Shown in pieces: positions 38,853 through 54,156 of a stretch of DNA of 64,000 nucleotides. A model generated the notes under the pieces. It had not been told where the DNA came from. It did not search any database and was given only the letters and a program-made list of their open reading frames with translations. Source of the DNA: the human T2T-CHM13v2.0 reference genome, Homo sapiens; assembly GCF_009914755.1 (NCBI RefSeq), contig NC_060930.1. One strand, 5' to 3'. Both the position numbers and the translations under genes were made by a program. Position 1 is the stretch's first letter; the number at the start of each line of letters is the position of its first letter.

Positions 38853-41154
38853 AATGATACTTGACCATGTGTCTACATCATTTCCAGGGGCTTCAGTGAA
38901 GGAGCCTCATTCATTCCATCTCTCTTGCCTCTGGTGTTAGAAACATCTCTGTGCAGGCCTGCCTTGAACAAGGGGTAGACACCGCCTTAGGGAATTAAAA
39001 GGTATGTTTTCCAGTGCTTGAGATATAGTGAAGAAATGTGTCAGCTGGTGAAAAAAGCTTGGTCTTCTGGTGAGGTCCCAAGTGGGCCCACAGGCCTTAC
39101 GGGGGCAGGGCCAGCAGCAGGTTCTTTTCTGGAGAATGCGGGGAGGATACTCCCAGCAAACAAGTGAGGCCTCCGGTAATGCAATCTGACAGTGTTCCCA
39201 GTGATGAGTGGCCAGCGGGGAGGGCCAAGAGAGTGCTGGTAGTTAGGGAAGGATTTGCATAATTATATTCACCTGAGGGACTCCATTTACCCAACAATGC
39301 GTCTCATTGTGGTAAAGCCAGCAGCTGGCCATACAGTTAGAACAATGTGAGCTTTGGCCTTATTCTTCCAAAACAAATGCTTGGACTTTGAAAAAAAGTG
39401 ACAATTAGCATTTCGAATGGTATAGAGTTATGAATAGTACACATGTTAGCATGATGTGTAGCACTCTGTATTGTGAGGCGTGCATTTGTATGCAGGACTT
39501 ACGTTACTTCGCACTACAGCAGAAGGATTATATACTAGTAACAGTACTACATTCCTATGTGCATGACCTACACTGTATACATTTCATATAATAACATACC
39601 ATATACTTGAGATTTATGCATTAAATGCCCATGAACAAGTGAGATGACTCCTGAAATAGGCATTCTCTCCCAATGTTTGGTAGAGTTAGATATTAAAGGC
39701 ATTTTCAGTGTAAGGCACTTACTGTTTTAAGCTCAGTACAGTGGCTTTTGTTTTCTGACTGTGAAGGATTACAATGGATTTGAGAGATGTGAATCAGGAT
39801 TTCGAGGAGGTGCTTTATTGAAGAGGCTGCAGGGTTCACACAGGGCTGGCTCTCTGGCTGGGGGCATGTTTACCTAAGACTCCAAATAGACAGAGTGGAG
39901 ATATGAGGACCTAGCGCAAATATTGTGCCCGGCTCATTTCCTGGTATTGCCCACATTTACATTCAAAAGGGAGGTGTGGGGAGTGAAGGCTGTGTAGGTT
40001 AAGAGGCAATTCTTTTTATTATGCCCAGTAGTTGTTACATTTTGTCCCTCAAAATGAGAACGCAGGATGCATTTCTAAGGGAAGAAAGCCCCTAAAGGGG
40101 TTTGTCTATTCTCAACTTTAATGAAGTACACGTTTTAAATATTGCCTTTGTAAGCACAGCAGCATTGGAATTTCTTTTCAGCATTTTATTGAAAAGTAGG
40201 GAAATATTGGAGCATTCCAACTGGGGAAGGAAACTAAGCTTCTCCTTTGAAGCTCCAGCTGCACTTAGGTCTAATGCGAAAGGCAGTATTTGCTTTAGCC
40301 ACTTCCTGACTTTCTGATGAGATGTGGAAACTAGAAGTCAGCAGGATTCCAAAGCTGGGAGTCAAACCCTACGTCCAATCCCTTGGCTCAGTCCCTGTCT
40401 TCCAGAGATGGCATCCTGAGTAAAGACAAACACCGCTGGTTTTTCTCTTCCTCCAGATCAGGTAGTGGAATGACAAGTGACTGTCATTCTGCTGCTATGG
40501 AGAATGTGCACTCAGAGGAAGAGAGCGGTAAGTCATACATTGCTGGATGGCGGGGCTGTGGTACCTTGCACACACAGGAAGCCTCCTCGGGAGGGCCCCA
40601 TATGGCAGGCCCCGTCAGTTCTCAAGACCCGGCCTCCCTCTGTGCCTCATCAGCCTGCCACCACCCTGCCACCAAAGTGAGCATTCTCAAACAAAAACTG
40701 TCTCCTTGAAATTCCTGTGGCTCCATGACTTATGGCAGTGGTCCTGAATCCTGACCACACATCAGAGCCACCTGGACACAGCCGCACCCCAAACCGTCGC
40801 AAACAGAATTCTCAGGGACAGACAGGACACAGAAAGAAAATCTGTGTTTGTAGTTTACTTTTCAAGTCTTTCACCTTTTCGGAATCAGAGACATACTTCC
40901 AGCCACACAAAAGAACTCAAGCTTCCATGATGTCTATTTCCAGAGGAATTCCATTTTCCTCCTGAATTGCCTCTGAGGAATCCTGGGTTAAAGGAGGGGA
41001 GTGATAGTTCAATTTTCCTTGATTTTTTTCTTTTTCCTGTTACACCAGCTGAGACCTCCTGTCCTCAACTTTTTCCTTGATCAGTTTGGAGGTCTCGATA
41101 TCTGTCTTTGTATCAATTTACCCTCTTCTTTCCCCAGGACATCCCCACCACCAG

Positions 41155-41280
41155 GCTGTCACTGAGCAGTGGTATAAAGCTTAACTAATAACCTGGTATA
41201 AAACTTAACTGAAGACCTTAAGGTATAAAGCTTAACTAATGCTGACACTGAGCAGTGGTATAAAGCTTAACTAATGACCT
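41155..41280. repeat. Complex local repeat: four copies of GGTATAAA(G/A)CTTAACT
   Basis: Copies start at 41171, 41195, 41222 and 41257. Confidence 0.93.
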
Positions 41281-41846
41281 AATGATGAAAGACAGCAATA
41301 GGAAACAACATAATATTCCATACCAGACACCACTGCTCCTGCGTGACTTGGCCCTTCCCACCATTAGACAAGTTAGCGCCTGGCCATTGCTGTCCTGATG
41401 CCCTGACCTTATCTGCCCCCTGCCCCTTCTTCCCCTCTTATCTCCTGTCCTGTACTCCAGTTTCAAGGTCTTTCCCTTTCTCTCTAACCCAAAAATCATC
41501 TCCGACTTCCTCTGGGAACCACCCAGATGATGCCCAAGTTGAAGGCATCTTCCCCACGTTCTGACCACCACCCTTTGTTTTGCAGAGCAGCTTTGCACTT
41601 TTGGCATCAAGCTCCCCCTCCAGCCAAGCCCCTCTGAGCCTTGTATCTAAGAAACAATATTAGCATGCATTTCCTAAAGAAAGCATTCTCTGAAAACAAA
41701 TTCTTTCATTTTCTCTACAGTGTCAGATTTTTAAAATTGCAAATATCTTTCTTGCCGGAACTGATTCTCAAAAGCTCTCCAGATGATTCTGCTACAGCTG
41801 ATCCCCTGAAGGTGTCTGGGAACCAGGGCCTTCTTCTCTGTGGAAG

Positions 41847-42495
41847 TGTTACTGGAAAGGGGGTCCCTACCAAGACCCCAAGAGAGAGTTCTTGGATCTT
41901 GCACAAGAGAGAATTCTGGGCGAGTCCACAGAGTAAAGTGAAAGCAGGTTTATTAGAGAAGTAAAGAAACAAAGGATGGCTATTCCATAGGCAGAGCAGC
42001 CCCGAAGGCTGCTGGTTGGCTATCTTATGGTTGTTTTTTGATCATATGCTGAACAAATGATAGATTATTCTTGAGTTTTCTGGGAAAGGGGTGGAGATTC
42101 CCCCCCAACTGAGGGTTCCTCCCCTATTTAAGACATATAGACTAAGTTCCAGATGTTGCCATGGCATCTGTAAACTGTGATGGCACCAGTGGGAGTGTCT
42201 TTTAGCATGCTAATGCATTATAATTAGCATGAAACGAGCAGTAATGACGACCCAGGTCACTTTCATGGTATTCTTGGTTTTGGTGGGTTTTGGCCAGCTT
42301 CTTTACTGCATCCTGTTTCATCAGTAGGGTCTTTATGACTGACCTGTATCTTATGATACCAGTCCCGCCAACTTCTTATCTCATCCTGTGACTAAAAACG
42401 CTTAAACTCCTGGGAATATAGCCCAGCAGGTCTCATCTTCATTTTACGCAGCCCCTATTCAAGATGGAGTCACTTTGTTTCAAATACCTCTGGCA
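41847..42495 (-). mobile_element. MER41 solo LTR (long, GAS-segment-containing type)
   Basis: Colinear with 34807-35354 but with extra segments. TTCTGGGAA at 42078-42086. Flanks GAAG/GAAT. Confidence 0.87.
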
Positions 42496-43607
42496 GAATA
42501 TGCTAATGAGAGCCTAGGCCATCTTGTAGATGGACTCCTGCTTATCCCAGGAGAATTTTTTCCACCTTTTGCTCCATGTAACATCAATGTAACTTTTCCT
42601 TTTGTCACACTGCTATACTTTGTACCTATCAGTCTGGAAGCAGTCATCTTGCAGTAAGGGGATTTAGGGGTTGTCACTTTCAGACTTCCCAACTGGTCCG
42701 AGAGCACCTTGAAAGCAAGTCTTGCTCATTATGATGTCTCTGGCAGTTCAGTATGCTTGGCACAGAGGGGAGTCTTCCACAGTGTTTACTGAATGAAGAT
42801 GTGGAATGATAATGCATGCTGGATTAGGCAATAAGGAGGTCATTAGTGACACTGGTCACTCTCCAAGAGATGCTCACTAGGGACAGGCTGCTCCCAGAGC
42901 TGCTGCTGTTGGGACCTGTACACAAGTGCTTAACTGATGGGATCCTCCCCACCTCCACTCTCTAGCCACACCCTCTGATATGGCCTCAGCCCTAAGGAAG
43001 GATGTCATATACTTACTGATCTACACAGACGGTCATGGTTTTAGTTTGTCAGTGGGAGGAGGCCCCTGTGAACTCACTCAGAGGCACTGCCCCTGTAGCA
43101 GAGTCCTTGGCTGCTGTATTGCTCCCATCTCCTGAGATAGCAGTCATGATTAGAACCCTACTGCATCACTGTATTCCATTTTCTCTGTGAAGGGGATAAA
43201 CCTATCACAGAGTGAAAGGAAGGTACTTTAGGAAGGCCATCATCACCTCACATCTGAAAAATGTTCAAAGAGCCCAAGATGTTCCACAGGCAATTCAAAC
43301 TCCACATGTGCAAAACACAAGTCTTCACCTCTCTTGGGCACATCTGCCCTCCTCCTGCGTGTCCTTCATTGGGTACACCTGATTGCCAACCTAGAAGTCC
43401 TTTTGCTTCACCACTCCTCTCAGTCTGCCCACAAGTATTACTGGGTTCACCTCAGAAGGCTAGTTCCCATTACCACCTCCCCTTCATTCTTCCCTCACTG
43501 CCCCGCCTTGGTCCAGCATCCTCCCGTGATTAGATAATGCTTTCCTCACAAGTTTCATTTCCAGATGCCCTCCAGATATCCTCTAAAAACAGGATCTGAT
43601 TGCCCTG

Positions 43608-43993
43608 TGGTATGGTTTGGCTGTGACCCCACCCAAATCTCATCTTGAATTGTAGCTCCCGTAATTTCCACGCATTGCGGGAAGGACCTGGTGGGAGGTT
43701 ATTGAATCATGGGGGCAGGTCTTTCCCATGCTGTTCTCATGACAGTGAATAATTCTCACGAGATCTGATGGTTTTATAAATGAGAGTTTCCCTGGACACA
43801 ACCCCATCCCTGCACACGCTCTCACTTGCTGGCCGCCCTTCATAAGACCTCCCTTTGCTCTTCCTTCATCTTCCACCATGATTGTGAGGGCTCCCTAGCC
43901 ATGTGGAACTGTAAGTCCATTAAATCTCTTTCCTTTATAAATTATCCAGTCTCAGGTATGTCTTTATTGGCAGCATGAGAATGGACTAATACA
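43608..43993 (+). mobile_element. THE1 (MaLR) solo LTR within L2-like DNA
   Basis: TGGTATGGTTTGGCTGTG...GGACTAATACA, flanked by CCCTG/CCTTG. Confidence 0.92.
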
Positions 43994-44468
43994 CCTTGCT
44001 TTAAACACTTGCATGTCCCTTCTTTACTCTCAGCCCACTGGACGAGTCCTGACTCTCTAGTTTGGTATACCAACCCACTGACTTCTGTGCCCACCTACCC
44101 CTCTGGGCTTTTCAGCAGCGCCTGCACGGGAACAGTGCTTCAGCCAGTTTCCTGAGCATGACCAGCTCCTGCAGCCTCCCTGGCTTTGCACACGCTGTTC
44201 CCTGTGCCTGCACCCTCCCCCCTGTGTGTTGGACTCATCGCCAGCTGACTGAATCCCCCTCCAAGTTCTCTGTGCCTTCGCTGTGCAATTGTGCACACCA
44301 CATTGTCACACTTAGTGTCCACGTGCAATCATTTATTTTATCTTCCCCACAGGACCTTGGTGTCATGAAAGGTGATGAGTTGTTCATTTTTCTCTCCCCA
44401 CAATCTGTTGAAGTGTCTAGTATGTATTTGGTACAAAGTAAATCTTTATCAAATTGAAAGTCTATCGG

Positions 44469-44842
<374 letters not shown>

Positions 44843-46110
44843 TTAGCTCCACACATATTGATGATAATTTCAGGGTGGTATTCACAGTGTACCCTTATTT
44901 TTTGTAAAAGTAGAAAAATAACTCTTTACATTTGCTTTTGCCTATCTGAATGTAGAGAAACATATGGAAGAAATGCTTGATTGACCCAGTGAGCGAGATT
45001 GGAGGAAGGAGAGGAAGGGTGATTTTCTTTATAACTCTATTGTTTGACTCCTCACAAAAAGCTTTATTGCTTCTGTAAAACCAATTAGGCAAAATCAAGT
45101 AAATGGTTGCTGGATGAGTAAATAGTAAACTTCAGGAAAGAAGTTTTCAGAAAAGGAGGAACACTGTTTCTGTTTCCTCTGAAGAAAACCAAAATTGGCA
45201 GAACATATAATTACAGTATTATTATTCACTTTGCAAAGGAATTTTCTCTCCCCTAAAAGGATCTTCGTGGGCTTCTTTTTAAAAGGCAACTCCAGTAAAG
45301 CTCTGACGCATTTCATCCTCTTCGTCATGACATTAACTGCAGTACTTGACAGAGGGTGGGGCTGAGAAAGAGAAAGTTTTAAGAGTCGGTGCCAATTGAA
45401 GATCAATCTGCAATGAGATAAGCTCCATTGATATTATAATGTAATTATGGGGGAAATTATTACATTGAAAAAATTCAAAGTTCACCTAGCTTTTCTGGAG
45501 GAGAGGCACCAGAGGAGCCCACTGGGAGGAGAAGGGAAGGTGTCCTGCTTCCCAGGGCTGGGGACCACAGGCAAGGCCATGGGCTTGAGGGCACTTCTCC
45601 AAACTCTAGCAGATAAATTATGCCCAAATCCCACATCTTACTGAGAAAGCAGGTGTCTGCAATTAGTCACAGAAGGGAGGTGGGTGGTCGTGGGCAGAGA
45701 AGAAAAAATTTTTTAATAAAAAAATAAAAATTAGGCAAAATAGAACTTGACAGTCACCATGCAAACAGAAGAAACACTACGAAAGTGACATCATTAGCAT
45801 GGCTGTGGGCCTGTCTTATCCTTTGGTCTCTAAAGCAGGAGACAATGAGAGCTACTTACTGACTCATTTTTAGTATTTGATAAAAGAAAAAAAGTCAATC
45901 AATCAGGCTTACCTTATTGACTTACTAATGTCCTTGTCACTAAGGGATAATTTTAAAAAGGATTTTTCTATCAAAAGAAGAGAAATCAATTCATAGACCT
46001 CTTTGGGCTCCAACCCACAATTCGTATAGGATAAAATCAAGTTTAAAATAGAGAGTGCACCCATAAGGTTGAGAAGACATCTTGTGGTGACTCCTTTGCA
46101 TAACATGAAA

Positions 46111-46440
46111 CAAGGTTGGTTGGCCTTTCTCTGTAAAGAGCAAGATAGTAAATATTTCAGGCTTTCTGGGCCAAGAAATACAATCAAGGATATTATGTAG
46201 TTACTTGTATAACAAGAGCAAAACCATTTTTTCCCACAACTTTTAAAATAGATCAATTTCAAAATTTTATGACCAGTACAGTTTGCATTTTATATTGTTT
46301 TCATGTGTCATGAAATAATATTCTCATTAAATTTTCCTGCAAGCATTTGAAAATGGAAAAAGCATTCTTAGCTTGTGGGTCACATAAAAACAGGTTGTGG
46401 CCTGGATTTGGCCCTGGGGCCATCATTTGCTGACCCCCAA
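46111..46440 (+). mobile_element. MER58B-like DNA transposon
   Basis: CTGTAAAGAGCAAGATAGTAAATATTT...GGATTTGGCCC...TTTGCTGACCCC. Confidence 0.75.
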
Positions 46441-47163
46441 CATAGAACACTTCTGAGTCATGTCAGGGTCCTTAATCAGTTAGGTCATCCAAGCTCAGAT
46501 TGAACTGGGACATGGTTTCAGAATCCTTCTCAACACTGCATGCCTGCCATAATGTGGGTAGGGAGAGGCTGTTGGCTCTGCAGTAGCCACCTGATGGCTG
46601 CTTAAAGGACCGTGAACTCAGTTATCACCAGCATTTTCCCTACTCTTTCAGATCTGGGTGCAGTTGGCTCAGTCCTCCATCCCCAGCCTCGGGAAAGTCT
46701 CTCTCCCAGATTTCCGCTCCTCCTCAACAAGCTTGCATGTTGTGCCAAGGAGCAATCGCTTCTGCTGCTACGAATTCACTTGCCCTTGTGAATTCACGTG
46801 CCCTTCATCCTTGCCTCATCCAGAACAGAGAATACAATTATTTTAATATTTTATGTATTTTTTATAAGCCTACAGAGTTTTAATGGAAGTTTGGAGAGAC
46901 AATGGCAGTTTACACAGCAGAAGTAACAGCATCTGCTCAGTGTCATTGTTTAAGTCATCATCATAGCTAACACTTCCAGGAAATTTATTTCTTTTGCCAG
47001 GAGGTTTTCACATGTTATTTAATCCTGCAATAATCAGTAGAAATAGGCTTTTTCTTTTTAACAGTTATTATCCTGTTTTACAAAAAAGAAATGAAGCTTA
47101 AGAGATTGAGCAGCTTGCTAATCACAGAGCAAGTTAATGATAGAGATGAATTTTGAACAGTCA

Positions 47164-47460
<297 letters not shown>

Positions 47461-47559
47461 CCACAATCAATGACCCAGAATGCAATCAATGACCCAGAGC
47501 CCATGCACCTAAACACAACACAGTTATCCCTCTACAGCACTTTAAGTGAACATCAGACT

Positions 47560-47586
47560 TTGTTGTTGTTGTTGTTGTTGTTGTTG
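47560..47586. repeat. (GTT)n microsatellite
   Basis: About 8-9 units. Confidence 0.9.
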
Positions 47587-49009
47587 AAAGTTCTTCTATC
47601 ACCTCCCTGGGAATTCTCACTGGCCTGACCACCTCATAAAATGTCCTGGCTTCTACCCACGCTCCTGGCTCCTCTCCTTGCCCATGTCTTTCTCACCTCT
47701 TCTCCCAGATTGTTTTCATGAACTCTTAATACCTTGATCCAATTCTTTAGAGTAATTTAGCTCTTGCTAGCTCATGTTCCCAAACTGAGCTCTAGCAGAA
47801 GCCTTCTGAGGGACATAATGTCATTTTACAGGAAGAAACTATTGATTGGCCAATTGCATGTGGAAAACTAGGAGAAGGCCCATAAGGAGAAGGTGGAAGA
47901 AATGAAGCACACTAGAAAATCAGAAAATTGCGGGATGTTTTTCTTTCTGAGAGAGAAGAGGGACAGTAAACAAGTGAGAGTGCATGAAGGCAGAGAAGAT
48001 GTAAGACTTTTTAAAAAAAAGAGGTTGCTTTGCCCCAAACTATTTAGTCAGGTCTTCTACACACAAAAACGCCTTGTGAGAAAATGGAGAATGTGGGAAA
48101 TCAAGAAATGAAGAATTCGCTGGAGATAAATGGTGGGAAATGAATGTAAGCTCCCTGAGCATTTAAAGAAGTTCTGTAAACTTTCCATATTGGATTTTTG
48201 ACACTGGACTTTCTACAGGGTACATTATTGTTATCTAAATCTTTGGAAACAGGGTGAATCTACATGATAGAGTGGAAGCCACAAAGGAAGAAGAAGAAGA
48301 GATTCTATCTGGGTATGGAGAATGAAAAAAAAAAAAGGTGTAAAGAGGGTGAGTGTACAGTCATCTGGAAGCCATGTCACAGAGAGGAGGGGAGAGATTA
48401 AAAGGGATCTGAATAAGAGCAGGATGGTGGGGCTTGAAAGGATGGGATGAACATGAGAGACGTGATGACACTGGTCAACAGAGATCTCTCTAGGGATGTC
48501 AACCAGAAAGGGATGTAATGTAGGAAATTAGGTGTTTTTACACTTCTTTAGGAGGGCAAGAGAAACGGGCTCTGGGCTGAACTCCAGGAATGAACAACAT
48601 TGCAGAATGGCCCTCCTGGGAATTGCACCCCTGACTCAACAGTAGTAGGGTATCAGGAGACCACTTTTAGCACAATAGATTTCTGAAAGAACCCACCCTA
48701 GCTGAGGCAGGTACTGCGGTCACTGCAAGTACTAGCTGGAGAGCTATGCTAGGCTGCTCCATGTGCAACAGCAAAATGTGTAGAGCCCAGCCCCTGCCTT
48801 GCAGCCCCCATTGCAGCAGTGACTGGACACAGGAGCACCATTGTGCTTGACAGCAGAAACCAGCAGAGAAAGATCTCTTCCGCTTCATCCTGCCCTTCAG
48901 ATTCCACACGAGTGCTTCTTATGGGGGATCTTAATTCCATTAAGAACCCTGCCCTGCCAAGCCATACTGGAGTCAGAGGCAAAAGGAAATGTCAGTAATA
49001 CTGCGTTAC

Positions 49010-49360
<351 letters not shown>

Positions 49361-49404
49361 TACTTTTTAATTTTTCAAAATACTGCATTAAGAGTATTTA
49401 TCTT

Positions 49405-49777
<373 letters not shown>

Positions 49778-49907
49778 CTAGACCTGGCCCTGTTAAGAAC
49801 CCCAGTTACAAGGGAGTCTTAGAAATACCGTTTTTAGCTTTTCATCCTCTGTGGTACTGACGGCACCATGGAAGAGGCTGGGATGAAGGTAGCACCATCT
49901 ACGAGAG

Positions 49908-50660
49908 CCCTGTCAACTTGGCTAGGGCTGTAGAATCCAGCTGTTTGGTCAAACACCAGTCCAGATGTTGCTGTGAGGTATTTTAAATAAATATTTTATT
50001 TTGTAAGAAAAATAACAAACTTTTTTGGAAACAGTCTCTCTCTGTCACCCAGGCTTGAGTGCCATGTCCCTATCATAACTCACTGCAGCCTGGAACTCCT
50101 GGGCTCAGGCAATCCTCCTGCCTCACCCTCCCAAGTAGCTAGGACTACAGGTGTGAGTCACCACAATCACCTAGTTTCTTCATTTTTTGTAGAGACGGGG
50201 TCTCGCTATGTTGCCTAGGCTCGTCTTGAACTCCTGGCCTCAAACAATGCTCCAGCCTCGACCTCTCAAAGCGTTGGTATTACAGGTATGAGCTACCATG
50301 CTGGCTGTTATTTTTTAGATGTGACTGACATTTAAATCTCTGAGTAAAGCAGGTGACCCTCCCTAGTGTGAGTGGCCTCATCTAATCAGTTGAAACCTTC
50401 CATAGAGAAACCGAGGTTCCCCTCACTCCTAAGAGGAAGGAACTCTGCCTCCAGACTGCCTTCTGGCTCAAGACAACATCAGCTCTTGCTGGAATTTCCA
50501 GTCTGCCCTGCAAACTGCCGGTTCCCACCATTGTATGAGCCAGTTCCTGAAAGTAAATCTTTATCTCTATTTCTATTTCTGTCTCTGTCTCTATTGTCTC
50601 TATCCCTATCTCTATCTCTCCTCTTTGGTTCTGTTTCCTGGGAGAACCCTGACTAATACA
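49908..50660 (+). mobile_element. MLT2 (ERVL) LTR containing an AluJ (~50020-50305, minus strand)
   Basis: TGTCAACTTGGCTAGG...GGAGAACCCTGACTAATACA with a (TC)-rich segment. Confidence 0.82.
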
Positions 50661-51424
50661 CTTGGAGGAGGTGACAGAGGTGAAGGGCCAGTCTGCTAGC
50701 TCTACCACGGTGGAGATGGAAGTAACAATACTGGGTAACAATACCCTTCATATAGTAGGAGAGAAGGAAGAGGCTAAGTTGGTTCCCAGGTTCCTGTGTG
50801 GGTGACCGCGATAAGGACGACAGATGCAGTACCAGATATCTCCATGAGAAAACAGAGCACGTGCTCGTCGTCTTTGGAAGATGCCATTCCCTGATCTCCC
50901 ACATGCAGCTCTGTTCCAATGCATGAGATCCACCCTGTGTATTTCACACGTTGGTTGCCTGGGACAAGTAATTTGGTTATTTGCTTGCTTATTCATTCAT
51001 TAAATGCATGCTTATTAAGTGTGTCCTGTGTCAGGTACTATTGCAGGCTTGGGAGAAACAATGGTGAATGAAAGCTGAGATGGCTTCTTTCATGATGTTT
51101 TCAATCTAATTCAGAGAGATGTGACAAACAAACACAACACAAACAAAGGGAACAGTGTCAGATAGCGATGTGTGCAGCCGGAACAGTGAAACAGGGCAGT
51201 GTGATGGAGGTGCAGGGAGTAGGTGCTGCCTGACACGGCCACTCACGTTGAATATGCCAGGACCTCCATTCCAGCATCACATATGGTCTAAGTGTGGGGG
51301 AACATTGACCTGTCCTGTGTGTAATCAGCTAGAATGAAAGGAAAGAGCCCCAGCTTTATATGACAAGTTACTAAAGGAGAACCCGAGCCCAGGACAAATG
51401 TCTGTGATGAACACCTTCTTCCTC

Positions 51425-51760
51425 TCTTAGTCTATTCAGGCTAAAGTACCATAGGCTGGGCAACTTAGAAATACAGACTTTTTTTCCTACCCATTCTGGA
51501 AGCTGGGTGCCGGCAGATTTGTTGTTTGGTGGGGGCCTGCTTCCTGGTTCCTAGACGGTGTCTTCTAATGGTATACAAATGTGGTGGAAGGAGTGAGGGT
51601 TCTCTCTTGAGCCTCTTTTATAAGGGCACTCATCCTATTCATGGGAGCTCCACCCTTATGACCTAATCACCTCCTAAAGACCCTGCTCCCTAATATCATC
51701 ACCCTGGGGGTTAGGATTTCAACATGTGAAACTGCAGGGGACATAAACATGCAGGCCATA
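51425..51760 (-). mobile_element. MLT1A/MST-type LTR
   Basis: TTTTATAAGGGCACT...ATGACCTAATCACCTCC...GGGGTTAGGATTTCAACAT. Confidence 0.8.
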
Positions 51761-52582
51761 GCCGTTCTCCATGCTGATAGGTAATGGGCAGTCACTGAAT
51801 GAGTCTCTGTGAGGCAATGGAGGGGGAGCTGGGTGGCAAGGCCCAGGCCCAGGCTGAGTCTACAAAGAGCAGCATCAGGATCTGCCGGGAGACAGAAGCT
51901 CTTTGGGGTGAAGGTGATGCCTCTTCGTTGTTGTGTTTCCAGCAGCGACACAGCATTTGGCACATGGCAAGTCCTCTGTAAATACTGGTTGATGAATTAA
52001 GGAATCCCTTGGCTGAAGGTGGAGGGGACCGGCTACTGCGGGACCAGGGAGCCTTTGCATTTTGGATGATTTCTTCATACTTGGGAGAAGTATTTTCCTC
52101 CTTCCATAAGACAAGTCCCAGAGCCTTCCAGGTGGGAAGGACTGTCTGGCCAAATGACTCTGACTTTGTCTTTTTTATTTCAACACTTGCTGTTCCCTGG
52201 GGGACTACGATTCACTTTAATGCTCCCACCAAAGTGAGGCCAGCTAGTCCTTCCCGTCTGGGAGGCTTTCCTTAGGTTTGCCACCTTAGCACAGCTGAGA
52301 TGGCCCGGGAATTTAGGAAGCCTTCTTTAGCTGCGAAGGGAGTGGAAAAGACGACTAAGCCAAGAGCATGCATGAGGAATAAAAGCGGTCAGGTTTCTGC
52401 TGTCTGGTATTCCTCATCTTTCTATAATTTTCTGGCTTTGGTGCTCCATGCTATGCAGAAAGAACACCAAAAGATGAGTACAGTTTTTCAGACAACCTGA
52501 CTCAGCCCTAGGCCCATCTTCACAAATAGGGAACAAATCTTACTTCCCTTCCACACTGAAACGGGTATTTGCCATTAAGAAA

Positions 52583-52790
52583 AGATCACCGGATTCAACA
52601 AATCAAAGTATAGGGCACTCAGTTAAATTTGAATTTCATGTAAATAACACAGAATTCTTTGATATAAGTATGTCCCAAATATTGCAAGTTCCAAATGTGG
52701 CACGAGGCATATGTATCTTAAAAATGATGTACTGTTTATCTGAAATTTAAATTTGACTGGGAGTCTTGTATTTTATCTGGCAACTCAAGG
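52583..52790. mobile_element. MER53 palindromic MITE
   Basis: CAGTTAAATTTGAATTTCA...TGAAATTTAAATTTGACTG inverted arms, ending TATCTGGCAAC. Confidence 0.8.
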
Positions 52791-53252
52791 AAAAGATTTG
52801 AACCCTGCCACTAGCATAGGGCCTTTCCATTCAGGGCTCATCCCGGGTTCCTGCCTGAGGCCTCCACACCTCCCTCCAGAGTTTGGTGGAACTTTTATAA
52901 CTGTTCCAATAAGTGGCTTCTCCCTTGACTGGAGACCCTACCCACCTCCATGCCTACACGCGCAGGGGTCCTCGCCTGTCTGGACAGAATCTCAATATCT
53001 GAATCATGCATGGAGCATACCAGCCACACAACAGGAATTACACACTTCATCACAGTTTATCTGGTAGGCGTAGAAGAGCTTCGTATTTTTCTTTGGGAAC
53101 ACAAAGCTCAGTTCCCCCAATGACCATGCTGAAAAATCCCAAGGACAGTAAGCTTCATGACAGATACAGTGGCTATTCAGAGGAGAACACATCAATTTCT
53201 CTTACATATCAGAGGATTAAATAGTCAGCCAACCCTAAGACATGCCCAGGAG

Positions 53253-53608
<356 letters not shown>

Positions 53609-54156
53609 CTATATTTTTATCTTATGTTACGCCTCCCTTGAGGGAGTCAGTCTATAGGGTAGTGAGGTTAAAAAGAAATAACTAACAACTTTCAAGAAAA
53701 CAATCTAAAATAAGCACCTGTGTGGCGATTATAAAAATATACAAATTTCCTTTGCCTCTAGTGGTCATGTTGAAGCCCACACATTTGTGATGTGCATTGA
53801 GCCACACAGTTCTTTTCCATTTGCCCTTTTAGGTGAGATCTGCTAGATTTCCTCCCTCCCCCTCACATGATCAGTGCAGGATTTCTTGCTTTCTCTTGTT
53901 GAAGCAGAGTGATAATACTGTTTAACCCTTGATTCAAATATCCTGGGTAATGGCCACATGCCCCGTAATGAAATACGTCCAAAGATTAGCTGGAAGTCCC
54001 GGGCCTGCTTCTCTTACTAACTCTGGCTGTCTCAGTAGTGTTTACAAGTGTCTCTAGTTACCTCCCTTTCTCCTTTGCTTAAGTGGGCACGAGATTTTGA
54101 ATTCCTTAATAGATTTTAAGTTCAGCAAGAACAAGGACCTTGCCTTGTTCACTGTT

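Noticed and set aside
41155-41280. CRISPR-like repeat-spacer appearance
   Set aside because: Human DNA, 16-bp units, spacers of 8-19 nt partly copied from the flanks, and no cas genes.
53752-53768. CTCF-like motif (reverse strand CCACTAGAGGCA)
   Set aside because: Lacks the GGC end of the core CCACYAGRKGGC and cannot be supported without ChIP data.
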